A stretch of 64,000 nt of DNA from Obrimoposthia wandeli (lineage: Eukaryota), in assembly GCA_977020255.1 (NCBI GenBank), contig CDROCS010004896.1, forward strand, positions 62,001 to 126,000, given 5' to 3'. Made by a program: the position numbers and the translations under genes. The notes beneath the pieces are model-generated. The model was given only the letters and a program-made list of their open reading frames with translations. It ran no database searches and was not told where the DNA came from. How positions within the stretch are numbered: the stretch's first letter is position 1; each line of letters opens with the position of its first letter. Shown piece after piece: positions 9,454 to 19,173 of this stretch.

Positions 9454-10758
9454 TTAGCTTTCTTTAATTTCGAACAAATGATGCTTCTTTTTACCCAATT
9501 TCACTAGAAAGAAGCGTCCATATAAGGCTTTATCAGCTGCAAAGCTCTCTGCCGTGCTCATATTATCAGCAGCGCCCTTAGCCTCTCCGTTAATCAAAAC
9601 GGCGTTGCGGCCCAGTGCATCCTTAACTTCACGCCCGGCTTTCACCATTCCACATTCTGTAAAGAGTGAGGTTAAAGGGGTTTCAGCGATATCAGCCAGC
9701 ACCAGATCGCTTGATGGCAGACCGTCCAGCTTAATTTGCTCAAGCTCTTGCTCTGAAAGCATCGCTAAGTCACCTGAGAACAACGCCTCTGTTATTCGTC
9801 TAGCCGACTGCAACGCTTCTTCGCCATGTATTAAGCGCGTAACCTCTTCTGCCAATATACTTTGGCCTGTTTTACGACCCTGGATTTCAGCATCGTGCTT
9901 TTCTATCTCTTCAATACGCTCGATTGACATGAAAGTGAAGTAACGCATGAACTTATACGCATCTTCATCTGCAGTATTCATCCAAAACTGATAGAAGGCA
10001 TACGGAGATGTTTTAGTAGGATCCAACCAAATAGTGCCACTTTCTGTTTTACCAAATTTAGTGCCGTCAGATTTAGTGACTAAAGGAAGCGTTAAACCGA
10101 AAGTTTTCTTGCCGTACATGCGGCGCGCAAGATCAACACCACCAACTATATTACCCCACTGATCCGAGCCACCAATTTGAATGGTACAGTTTTCGCGCTC
10201 TGCCAATTCTGCAAAGTCATAAGACTGCAGCAACATATAGGTAAACTCAGTGAATGAGATACCTGCACCTTCACGGTCAATACGTTGCTTAACCGATTCT
10301 TTTTGAATCATGTTGTTAATTGAGAAGTGCTTACCGACATCACGTAGGAAGTCGAGCACGTTCAATTCACCCACCCAGTCTAGATTATTAACAACCGCGG
10401 CACTCTTTTCACCGGCATCAAAATCAATAAAGCGGCTAACTTGAGCTTTTAGCTTATCAACCCAATTGGCAACAATATCTGGGGTATTTAATTTGCGTTC
10501 TTGTGCTTTAAAACTAGGATCACCAATCAATCCTGTCGCACCGCCAACTAATGCAACGGGCTTATGGCCAGCGTCCTGGAAACGTTTTAATGCTAATAAA
10601 GGAACAAGACTACCAATGTGCAAGCTATCGGCGGTCGGGTCAAAACCACAATAAAGGGTTCGGCAGCCATCTTCTAAATGCTCAATGAATTCTGCGTCTG
10701 CCGTGGTCTGGCTAATAAGGCCTCGAGCCTTTAAATCTTCGATCAATGCTGCCGTCAT
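9454..10758 (-). CDS. tyrS: Tyrosine--tRNA ligase
   Basis: GFDPTADSLHIGS (HIGH-like), GGSDQWGNI and KFGKT motifs. Confidence 0.98.
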   Translation of the reverse strand: MTAALIEDLKARGLISQTTADAEFIEHLEDGCRTLYCGFDPTADSLHIGSLVPLLALKRFQDAGHKPVALVGGATGLIGDPSFKAQERKLNTPDIVANWVDKLKAQVSRFIDFDAGEKSAAVVNNLDWVGELNVLDFLRDVGKHFSINNMIQKESVKQRIDREGAGISFTEFTYMLLQSYDFAELAERENCTIQIGGSDQWGNIVGGVDLARRMYGKKTFGLTLPLVTKSDGTKFGKTESGTIWLDPTKTSPYAFYQFWMNTADEDAYKFMRYFTFMSIERIEEIEKHDAEIQGRKTGQSILAEEVTRLIHGEEALQSARRITEALFSGDLAMLSEQELEQIKLDGLPSSDLVLADIAETPLTSLFTECGMVKAGREVKDALGRNAVLINGEAKGAADNMSTAESFAADKALYGRFFLVKLGKKKHHLFEIKES

Positions 10759-10917
10759 GACGTTCTCTTGTCAGTCTAAAGTAAGAAAATAAGCGGTCGT
10801 CACAATACCGAACCCGCTAATAAAAGCAATAGAGATGCAGCGAATGGCACCCAATAAGCCGATATTGTTGTACACTGTGGCGATAGAAAAGATTCATTTT
10901 TAGGAACAATAATAATT

Positions 10918-12222
10918 ATGGCAGTTCTTGGCCAGTGGCAGTATTTCCCCAAGACCCACATTGCAGCAATAAGCTTGATCGTATTCAGCGTCATTTTCGC
11001 AGCAGGGGAACATTCAAATTCAAAACAAAAGCGCGAAATACAAACGTTAGTCGTTAGTAGCGAAGAGACTGCAGAAACAACACCGCTCGAAGTAATCGAA
11101 CGTTGGCAGCAAGCTGAATTAAAACCCGGAGATAATTTGTCGCGGGTATTTACTAACTTTTCATTAAGTGCGGCTGATGCTCTGGCAATTGCTCATAGCG
11201 CCCCAAAAGGTGTTTTGAACTTGCAACCAGGACAAGTTATAAAGTGGCAACGTACTGACGATAATCATGTAACACGCATGCGTATTGAGACATCCCCTTT
11301 AATTGCTCATGAATTCAATAGAACAATTAAAGGTAAGTATGACTATAAACTAGATGAAAGAGTTGCCGACAGGCGACCCAAGTTTGCTCAAGCGACTATT
11401 CAGTCCTCTTTATTTTTAGATGGCGCTAAGCAAGACATTCCACAATCAACCTTAATTGAATTAGGTGGCCTTTTTGGCTGGGACATCGACTTTGCATTGG
11501 ATATTCGACAAGGAGATACATTCAGCCTTATCTACGAAGAGTTATTTTTAGATGGTGAACGTATCGGCTTCGGCAACATATTAATTGCTAACTTCGTTAA
11601 CCGTGGGCGGGAATTAACGGCAATTCGTTATGAAGGTTTGAAAGGAGAAGCACAATATTATGATCCTTCTGGCCACAGCATGCGAAAAGAGTTCTTACGT
11701 AACCCTATTGATTTTGCTCGCATAAGCTCACGCTTTAATTTACGACGCAAACACCCCGTACTGAATAAATTCCGCGCCCATAGAGGCACGGATTACGCCG
11801 CAAGAACAGGTACACCAATAAAATCTACGGGCGATGGCAAAGTGATTTTTGCTGGCCGTAAAGGAGGTTTTGGCAACTGCGTTATTGTTCAACACGGAAG
11901 TCGTTATCAAACCTTGTACGCGCACCTAAGTAAATTTAATCGCAAGGCACGCAAAGGTCGCCGAGTGAAACAAGGGCAGGTTATTGGCTATGTTGGTAGT
12001 ACAGGTCTTGCCACTGGGCCTCACTTACACTTTGAGTTTAGAGTCGATGGTGTTCATAGAGACTCGTTACGAATTAAATTACCTAAGTCTCGATCAATCG
12101 ACAAGAACGAGAAAAAATCTTATAAGGCTGAAGCTCAACGTATGATTGAATGGTTAAAGAGCCAGCAAGGAACTCAACTGGCGAATGATGATTCTTTAGA
12201 GCTATCCAAAGGTCCAAGATAG
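10918..12222 (+). CDS. M23 family metallo-endopeptidase (MepM/Csd-like, membrane anchored)
   Basis: HRGTDYAA (HxxxD) and TGPHLHFE (HxH) zinc motifs; N-terminal anchor; conserved position between tyrS and anmK. Confidence 0.9.
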   Translation: MAVLGQWQYFPKTHIAAISLIVFSVIFAAGEHSNSKQKREIQTLVVSSEETAETTPLEVIERWQQAELKPGDNLSRVFTNFSLSAADALAIAHSAPKGVLNLQPGQVIKWQRTDDNHVTRMRIETSPLIAHEFNRTIKGKYDYKLDERVADRRPKFAQATIQSSLFLDGAKQDIPQSTLIELGGLFGWDIDFALDIRQGDTFSLIYEELFLDGERIGFGNILIANFVNRGRELTAIRYEGLKGEAQYYDPSGHSMRKEFLRNPIDFARISSRFNLRRKHPVLNKFRAHRGTDYAARTGTPIKSTGDGKVIFAGRKGGFGNCVIVQHGSRYQTLYAHLSKFNRKARKGRRVKQGQVIGYVGSTGLATGPHLHFEFRVDGVHRDSLRIKLPKSRSIDKNEKKSYKAEAQRMIEWLKSQQGTQLANDDSLELSKGPR

Positions 12223-12270
12223 TAAGTAGAAACAATAATATAGTTCACTCATAAATAATAAGGAGCGGCC

Positions 12271-13371
12271 GTGCTTTACATAGGTCTCATGTCTGGCACG
12301 AGCTTAGATGGTATCGATGCTGCATTAGTAGAAATCGACCAACAAGGTCTGCCTCATTTATTAGCGAGTCACTACCTACCTTATGACAATGCCCTGCAGA
12401 CAAGTTTATTTCAACTCAGCCAAGCGACAGAAGTTAGACTCGAACTATTAGCGGCCCACGATCAAAAACTGGGACAATTATACGCGACCTGCTGTTTAGA
12501 TTTACTCGACAAATACGGTTATAAGACTAGCGACATTCATGCGATTGGCTGCCACGGCCAAACAATCCGCCACAAACCAAGACCTGATGCTTTCAGTATG
12601 CAAATTGGTGATGCAAATATAGTCGCTGAACTTACCGGCATTACCACCATTGCAGATTTTCGCCGACGTGATATTGCTGCTGGCGGAGAAGGAGCTCCCT
12701 TAGTTCCTGCCTTTCATCAACATATCTTTCTTGATTACCATAATCCCCGTCAAATTCTAAATTTAGGCGGTATCGCAAACATTACTGTTCTCTCTCAAGA
12801 TCCAGAGAATACTTTTGGTTTTGATCTTGGCCCTGCTAATGCGTTATCCAATGAATGGGTTGAAAAACATTGGCAACTGAATTTCGATGAGGGTGGCTTA
12901 CTTGCTCGCTCCGGAAGCATTCAACCTGATTTATTAGAGAAATGGCTGGCCATTGATTATTTTAATCGATCTCCGCCAAAGAGCACCGGTCGAGAGTTGT
13001 TTAACCTTTCCCAGTTTGAAAAATTAACACCTGAAATGAACAGTCTGAAAAAAGAAGATGTATTAGCCAGCCTAATTGAATTAACGGCTATTTCGGTCAG
13101 TCGCGGGGTAGAAATGTGGGGCTATACCGATGGTGAACTGTTTCTATGCGGGGGAGGTGCTCATAATATTTATCTAGTTGAACGCATTCAGCACCATTTG
13201 CTTGATATCCGTATCGGTCGTACCGATGACTTAGGCATTCCTGTGGATATGGTAGAAGCTTGTGCATTTGCTTGGTTAGCGCATCGAACGATGAATGGTT
13301 TAGCAGGTAACTTGCCTAATACCACAGGCGCGAAAGGCCCAAGAGTTCTAGGCGCCATTTTTCCAGGGTAA
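12271..13371 (+). CDS. anmK: Anhydro-N-acetylmuramic acid kinase
   Basis: IGLMSGTSLDGID, HGQTIRH, GGEGAPLVP, LNLGGIANIT and EACAFAWLA motifs; GTG start. Confidence 0.97.
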   Translation: MLYIGLMSGTSLDGIDAALVEIDQQGLPHLLASHYLPYDNALQTSLFQLSQATEVRLELLAAHDQKLGQLYATCCLDLLDKYGYKTSDIHAIGCHGQTIRHKPRPDAFSMQIGDANIVAELTGITTIADFRRRDIAAGGEGAPLVPAFHQHIFLDYHNPRQILNLGGIANITVLSQDPENTFGFDLGPANALSNEWVEKHWQLNFDEGGLLARSGSIQPDLLEKWLAIDYFNRSPPKSTGRELFNLSQFEKLTPEMNSLKKEDVLASLIELTAISVSRGVEMWGYTDGELFLCGGGAHNIYLVERIQHHLLDIRIGRTDDLGIPVDMVEACAFAWLAHRTMNGLAGNLPNTTGAKGPRVLGAIFPG

Positions 13372-13392
13372 ATGTTACTTGCTAAACATTCT

Positions 13393-13911
13393 CTAGAAGT
13401 AGGCGTAACCAACTTTCTCTAAGCGATTACGCTCAGCAACACCAAAAGGTACGGCCTCAACAAAAGGCGGCAACTGGTTTTCCATAATGCCATTGGCTCC
13501 CATCCAGCGCTTGCAGACTTTCACATCAATAACATTAAACGCATCCAATCTTGCGGCTAGATCAACGAGTGCTTTATTACTGCGATAATTGCTGCGTATA
13601 AAAGCTTTGATTTCTTCACCGTGCAATACCACGGCGATAGGCTCATCAATATTATACTGGCTTTCACCATTCGCTATTTTTTCTGCTTGCTCTAATAACT
13701 GCCTTAATTCAGCCAGTGTATGCAAAGCTACATCTGCTTGTAGTTTCTGAGGTACAAGAACCCCCTCTTCAACCACTGCATCCGCGGCAGATATAGAAGC
13801 AACTTCCTGTGTTTGAACAGCTGGTTGAATCGCAGTATCTTGCGCCAACGTAGAGTTCGCTAATAATAAACTGGGTAATATTAAGACGATAAAAGTCAGT
13901 TTTTTAAACAT
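13393..13911 (-). CDS. Exported DsrE-like protein
   Basis: Signal peptide; IAVVLHGEEI and VKVC motifs typical of the DsrE fold; conserved position after erpA. Confidence 0.6.
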   Translation of the reverse strand: MFKKLTFIVLILPSLLLANSTLAQDTAIQPAVQTQEVASISAADAVVEEGVLVPQKLQADVALHTLAELRQLLEQAEKIANGESQYNIDEPIAVVLHGEEIKAFIRSNYRSNKALVDLAARLDAFNVIDVKVCKRWMGANGIMENQLPPFVEAVPFGVAERNRLEKVGYAYF

Positions 13912-13943
13912 ACAGCGCTCCTTAGTCTAGCTAGCGAGTTAAA

Positions 13944-14291
13944 TTAAATTGCGAAAGAAGATCCACAGCCACAGGTTGAACTAGCGCCAGGATTACTAAC
14001 AACAAAACGTGAACCCTCAAGACCTTCCTGATAATCGACGTTGGATCCCACTAAATATTGATAACTCAATGAATCCACCAGCACACGAGCGCCGTCTTTG
14101 AAAATGATACTATCATCTTCATTACGCTCGTCATCAAAGGTAAAGCCATACTGAAATCCAGAGCAACCGCCACCTGTCACAAAGACGCGCAGACATAACT
14201 CATCATCAGCTTCTTCAACCAATAATGCTCTGATTTTTTCTTCTGCCGCGGCTGTTAAACCAATCGGCTCGGCTGATACTACTGCGTTCAT
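13944..14291 (-). CDS. erpA: Iron-sulfur cluster insertion protein ErpA
   Basis: [11 protein letters not shown] and CGCGSSF motifs; start moved to the ATG of MNAVVSAEP (ORF track 14336). Confidence 0.95.
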   Translation of the reverse strand: MNAVVSAEPIGLTAAAEEKIRALLVEEADDELCLRVFVTGGGCSGFQYGFTFDDERNEDDSIIFKDGARVLVDSLSYQYLVGSNVDYQEGLEGSRFVVSNPGASSTCGCGSSFAI

Positions 14292-14341
14292 TTTATATCT
14301 CACAAAGGCTAACTCGACCATTATCGAATTAACCAACCAAT

Positions 14342-14794
14342 TTAGTCAACTATATCGCCAGTTTGGTCGCTCTTATTTTTAGGAGCCACTTGAGCACCCA
14401 CTGGTAATTGGGTAGTTTTCTTCAATTCATCCTTACTCTGATGAATCAATTTCCCATTCACTTCGGCACCTAAAACCATTTCCATCATGTGGTAATACAC
14501 ATCACCTTGAATCCTGGCTTTTTTCGCAAGCTCTATGTATTCACTTGCGTATATATCACCCACGACAGCGCCATTAACAACAACGTTTGGCGCGTTAATC
14601 TGCCCTTCTACACGGCCACTATCTGAAATGCGTACTACAGCACCACTGCCTGCTTCGGCAATAAGGTTACCTTTAACGGTACCTTCTATTTGCAAGCCTC
14701 CCTTAAACTTCACATCGCCTACGATTTCTGTTTTTGGTGAAATAAGTGTGTCGTAATGACTGGCGGCGGTTTTATCTTTACTACTAAACATCAT
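14342..14794 (-). CDS. Bactofilin (polymer-forming cytoskeletal protein)
   Basis: [26 protein letters not shown] beta-helix repeats; ATG at 14794 overlaps the upstream TGA (ATGA). Confidence 0.93.
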   Translation of the reverse strand: MMFSSKDKTAASHYDTLISPKTEIVGDVKFKGGLQIEGTVKGNLIAEAGSGAVVRISDSGRVEGQINAPNVVVNGAVVGDIYASEYIELAKKARIQGDVYYHMMEMVLGAEVNGKLIHQSKDELKKTTQLPVGAQVAPKNKSDQTGDIVD

Positions 14795-15531
14795 GCATCC
14801 TTTTGAGACCATTCGATGGTCTCTTCTACGCGCTGGGCTTTACTACCTGAAGATTGTAAAACGACCTGCACTTGTTCAACTTTAAAGTTTGCAGGTATAG
14901 AAACATCCCCAGCAACTTCTTGAAAATAGCGGAAGCTAAATCTCACTCCCAACTCATTGACCTTAGCGTCCAATTCACGCAATGGAATAATCTTGCGCTC
15001 ACCGTCTTCAGTACCGACAAAATTTATTGCCGCTAAACCTTTAATGTAACTGGTATTATCAGCAACCTGAGTCATCATAATGCTATAACGATACATATTG
15101 TTTTGGTCTAACGATTGGATGTTAATTTTGCTAATACGCAGCCCTTTATCTTGACCACTCGGCGCCATAATCCCTTTGTAAAAAGTAACTTCTTCTTCTA
15201 AAGTCGCAATTTGAAGTTTAAGTGCCTTAACCGTTTGACGAATACCTTCAGCCGCTTGGCGATCAACTTCACCGCCTTTTTCTAAAACACCGACTCGCTG
15301 GCGAAAACCACGAATTTCCTGGTCGGCCGCAATTATTTGTTCTTGCAGCTGATCACGCTCTCCACCCAGAGTACGCAATTCCTTCAGGCTGGCATACTGG
15401 CCGCCAAAGAAGCAACCCGCAGCCACCACCGCGGTAAAAAGCAAAAAATAAACCGCTCTAATAAAACGCTGCCAAGGGTTATAGGTCACTAGACTTAAGC
15501 GTTCTTGTTTACTACCGACTACAACGGCCAT
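14791..15531 (-). CDS. DUF6776-like TM/coiled-coil protein
   Basis: TM helix, coiled coil (LKLQIATLEEEVTFYKGIMAP), FSFRYFQ motif; translationally coupled to the bactofilin. Confidence 0.7.
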   Translation of the reverse strand: MAVVVGSKQERLSLVTYNPWQRFIRAVYFLLFTAVVAAGCFFGGQYASLKELRTLGGERDQLQEQIIAADQEIRGFRQRVGVLEKGGEVDRQAAEGIRQTVKALKLQIATLEEEVTFYKGIMAPSGQDKGLRISKINIQSLDQNNMYRYSIMMTQVADNTSYIKGLAAINFVGTEDGERKIIPLRELDAKVNELGVRFSFRYFQEVAGDVSIPANFKVEQVQVVLQSSGSKAQRVEETIEWSQKDA

Positions 15532-15556
15532 TCAGCTATCCTTTTTTAACATGTTC

Positions 15557-16606
15557 TTACGGTAGTAAAGCTACTATCTGTAAGCCTGTTTGCTCAGGTA
15601 AATCGAATACTATGTTCATATTCTGTACTGCTTGCCCTGACGCACCTTTCACCAGGTTATCAATCACCGAAAGAATCACAATCAAGCCAGTATCTTTATG
15701 CTGATGAATCGCAAGACGGCACATATTACTGCCTTTTACCGAACGCGTTTCAGGGTGGCTGCCCGCAGGCATAACATCAACAAACGGTTCATTGGCATAA
15801 CGCTGTTCAAATAACTTCTGCAGTCCATCCACACCCAAAGCTTCTACTTCAGCTGTTTTGCTTGGTGCATAGATCGTAGAATGAATACCGCGAATCATCG
15901 GTGTTAAATGAGGGACAAAGGTCAAACTCACTTTGCTTCCTGCAGCTTTAGTCAAACCTTGACGTATTTCAGGTAAATGACGGTGACCCGATACAGCATA
16001 GGCCATCATTGACTCTCCTGCTTCGCAAAACAGAGCGCCCATTTTTGCCTGACGACCCGCACCACTTACGCCTGATTTACAGTCAGCAATGATTCCTGAG
16101 GTTTCGATCAACCCTTGCTCTAAAAGAGGCAGCAAAGCCAATTGAACTGACGTAGGGTAACAACCTGGTACCGCAATCAGTCGAGCCTGCTTAATTTGCT
16201 CACGGTTAACTTCAGGTAAACCGTATACCGCTTCTGGCAATAATGACTTCGCGCCGTGAGGCTGGTTGTACCATTGCTCCCACTCATCCGCATCTTCTAA
16301 GCGGAAATCAGCACTGAGATCAATCACCTTAATGCCTTGATCTAATACTTGTTGCGCTAATGCATGTGCAACACCATGAGGCGTAGCAAAGAACACCACA
16401 TCACAAGGCGCTAAATTTTCTGCACTTGGCTCAGAAAAACATAAATCAACATGGCCGCGCAAATTAGGAAACATCTGCGCCACAGGAATACCTTTCTCAC
16501 TACGAGAGGTAATTACGGTTAATTCAACTTCTGGATGCTGACTTAACAGCCTTAATAACTCAACGCCGGTATAGCCTGTGCCACCAACAATGCCTACTTT
16601 AATCAC
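15557..16606 (-). CDS. argC: N-acetyl-gamma-glutamyl-phosphate reductase
   Basis: [22 protein letters not shown] (catalytic Cys), KSGVSGAGR and [11 protein letters not shown] motifs. Confidence 0.98.
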   Translation of the reverse strand: MIKVGIVGGTGYTGVELLRLLSQHPEVELTVITSRSEKGIPVAQMFPNLRGHVDLCFSEPSAENLAPCDVVFFATPHGVAHALAQQVLDQGIKVIDLSADFRLEDADEWEQWYNQPHGAKSLLPEAVYGLPEVNREQIKQARLIAVPGCYPTSVQLALLPLLEQGLIETSGIIADCKSGVSGAGRQAKMGALFCEAGESMMAYAVSGHRHLPEIRQGLTKAAGSKVSLTFVPHLTPMIRGIHSTIYAPSKTAEVEALGVDGLQKLFEQRYANEPFVDVMPAGSHPETRSVKGSNMCRLAIHQHKDTGLIVILSVIDNLVKGASGQAVQNMNIVFDLPEQTGLQIVALLP

Positions 16607-16762
16607 GTGTGTTCCTCTAATCTAAGATACAGGACAGATAAAGATGCTTATAATAAGCCTTATCAAAAGAATTGTTAGTTCGGAAAGCTAAAAATTTCGT
16701 ATAATTTGCATCAGTCGACAAAACAATAATAATTATGGATAGCAATAGATAGCAATGAAGGT

Positions 16763-18493
16763 ATGCGCATGAAGGTAAAAGAAAGCCAAATATCCCTCGC
16801 CTTACTTGCGACCTTTGTCGGTTTGATTAGTGCTGGCCTTGTTACTCTATTTCGCCTCGCCTATGAACTCCCCCTCGAGCACTGGCTCCCCACGGGTGAT
16901 CATGAAGGTTTCGAATCCCTATCAACAATGACCCGAGTCTTCCTATTATTAGGATCTACCGCCTTATTAATTTTCATATTCAGTCGCTTACAGCCCCAGC
17001 AACGTAAAATAGGGGTTGGTCATGTATTGCAGCGTATTGAACAGCATCAAGGCTACTTGCCAAAAACCAACCTCATCGCACAATTCTTTGGTGCCATCAT
17101 CGCATTAATTGGGGGTCATAGTGTCGGCCGAGAAGGGCCAGCCGTTCATATTGGCGCGGGGACCGCGAGTCAATTTGGTCAACTGTTAAAAACCCCACAT
17201 CATAGATTAAGAATTCTTGCCGCTTGCGGTGTTGCCAGTGCCATATCAGCCTCCTTCAATACCCCCATGGCGGGCGTCATCTTTGCTATGGAAGTAGTAT
17301 TACTGGAATACAGCATTAAAGGCTTTATCCCCATTATCCTTGCGTCAGTAACCGGAGCTATTTTAAGCCGTGCCGTCTTTGGCAATGAAACCGCCTTTAT
17401 AGTCCCTTCGTTAGAAATGGGATCTCTGTTAGAAATCCCCTACATTTTATTATTAGCACTTATCTGCGGAGTACTGGGTAGCCTATTTATTGTTTTAGTA
17501 AAATATATGCAACGATGGAATACTCGCCCACTTTGGCAAACTTGGGGCTTGCTCGGAGTTTGTGCGGCGATCACCAGTGTGTATTTACCCGAGGTGATGG
17601 GCATTGGCTACGATAGCGTCAACAGTTGGCTACAAGGAGAAGTCGTCTTTGGCTTGGCACTCGCCTTACTTTTTGCCAAAATGCTGCTTTCTGGCTGGGC
17701 TTCTGCGATGGGCTTCCCGGGTGGTTTAATCGGTCCCAGCTTATTTATGGGCGCAGCCATCGGTGTACTAATGGGCCAGCTATCCTCCTATTTCATGCCT
17801 GATTACCCCATTAACATCGGTTTTTACGCCATGCTCGGTATGGGAGCTATGATGGCTTCGGTATTGCGTGCTCCCTTAGCGGCTTTAATGGCTTTATTAG
17901 AACTCACCGCCAATCCGAATATCATTCTGCCGGGGATGATGGCTATTGTGATCGCAAGCTTAACGGTGAGTGAGGTTTTTCATCTGCCTTCTATTTTCCG
18001 TGTTCAAACAAACCTTGCTGTGAACCATGATCCTGTTCGACAATTATTACGTAATACTTGGGTTGGCCAGATAATGACCCAAAACTTTAATACCTGCCCA
18101 CGTATCATTAACCTCGACAGTGCTCAGCTCATACTGAGTGATCAGCCAGTATGGATCTTTCTTGAAAGTGAACAGCAATTATTATTGTCGTCTGATTTAG
18201 CGCATTTTATAGAGAGTCATATTGAGAATGACAACATTGATAAGTTTAATCAGGCTGATCCAGATCATCTTGAAATAGATTGTTTATTACTGCCCGGTGA
18301 TCGAAAAATGGTAAAATCGATTTCTTTAATGGCCAATTTGCAAAATGCTTTAGACCTGATGCAGCAACATCACATAGAATGGTTAGTTGTTCATCGTGAT
18401 GAGCAGTTTAATCAGGTGGTCGGTATCGTTAGCCGCGACATGATCGAACAACATTACCGCTATCAACCACAAGCGATTGAGTCGTCTAAATAA
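16763..18493 (+). CDS. ClC family anion channel/antiporter with degenerate CBS-like tail
   Basis: GREGPAVHIG, FNTPMAGVIFAMEV and GGLIGPSLF motifs; many TM helices. Confidence 0.9.
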   Translation: MRMKVKESQISLALLATFVGLISAGLVTLFRLAYELPLEHWLPTGDHEGFESLSTMTRVFLLLGSTALLIFIFSRLQPQQRKIGVGHVLQRIEQHQGYLPKTNLIAQFFGAIIALIGGHSVGREGPAVHIGAGTASQFGQLLKTPHHRLRILAACGVASAISASFNTPMAGVIFAMEVVLLEYSIKGFIPIILASVTGAILSRAVFGNETAFIVPSLEMGSLLEIPYILLLALICGVLGSLFIVLVKYMQRWNTRPLWQTWGLLGVCAAITSVYLPEVMGIGYDSVNSWLQGEVVFGLALALLFAKMLLSGWASAMGFPGGLIGPSLFMGAAIGVLMGQLSSYFMPDYPINIGFYAMLGMGAMMASVLRAPLAALMALLELTANPNIILPGMMAIVIASLTVSEVFHLPSIFRVQTNLAVNHDPVRQLLRNTWVGQIMTQNFNTCPRIINLDSAQLILSDQPVWIFLESEQQLLLSSDLAHFIESHIENDNIDKFNQADPDHLEIDCLLLPGDRKMVKSISLMANLQNALDLMQQHHIEWLVVHRDEQFNQVVGIVSRDMIEQHYRYQPQAIESSK

Positions 18494-18538
18494 AGTAATC
18501 TAACTAGATTCGATTTAATATAAACAAGAGAGAAGAAC

Positions 18539-18961
18539 ATGCTCTGGCTAAAAGCCTTTCACATCATTGCAGTTGTCACCTGGTTTGCGGCTTTGTTTTA
18601 TTTACCGCGGTTATTTGTTTATCACGCGATGGCAGAAGATCAGATAAGTAAAGATCGCTTTAAGATCATGGAACGTAAACTGTATCGCGGTATTATGACG
18701 CCTTCGATGATTGTAGTGATCGCCCTTGGTACTTGGATGATCACACTCAACTCAGAATATTATTTAAGCCAAGGCTGGATGCATGCAAAGCTGACCTTGG
18801 TTGCCTTTTTAGTGGGCTACCATTTTATGTGTGGTTCATTACTGAAAAAGTTTGCTCAGGATATTAACGATAAAGGTCATGTGTTTTATCGTTGGTTTAA
18901 CGAAGTACCGGTTTTATTTTTAATCGCCATTATTATTTTGGTGGTGGTTAGACCTTTTTAA
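18539..18961 (+). CDS. hemJ: Protoporphyrinogen oxidase HemJ
   Basis: WLKAFHIIAVVTWFAALFYLPRLFVYH, MERKLY, WMHAKL and FNEVP motifs. Confidence 0.95.
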   Translation: MLWLKAFHIIAVVTWFAALFYLPRLFVYHAMAEDQISKDRFKIMERKLYRGIMTPSMIVVIALGTWMITLNSEYYLSQGWMHAKLTLVAFLVGYHFMCGSLLKKFAQDINDKGHVFYRWFNEVPVLFLIAIIILVVVRPF

Positions 18962-19009
18962 TTATCAATTAAGTAAACTACCCATTTATTAGAATCTAAA
19001 AAAGTAAAA

Positions 19010-19120
19010 GTACGTATTTTTGAGTGTTTCTGTAGCGAGTGTGTGAGGCAGGAGCCGAGCCCAAGCCTACAGGGACCGTATTCACGGCGTCTCGTGGAAG
19101 AAATACTCAATCATACGTAC
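19010..19120. repeat. About 110-bp palindromic GC-rich intergenic element (REP/MITE-like or structured RNA)
   Basis: Outer inverted repeat GTACGTATTTTTGAGTGTTTC versus GAAATACTCAATCATACGTAC (18/21 match); pairing continues inward; GC-rich core. Confidence 0.5.
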
Positions 19121-19173
19121 GGCTTAAACAGGTTAATTTAACCAAATTTAAATATCATTTTAACGAGTCATCT

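Noticed and set aside
9554-9943. 129-aa plus-strand ORF
   Set aside because: Antisense shadow of tyrS.
19039-19173. N-terminal extension of HemL in the ORF track
   Set aside because: It runs through the palindromic element; HemL homology starts at the Met at 19174.
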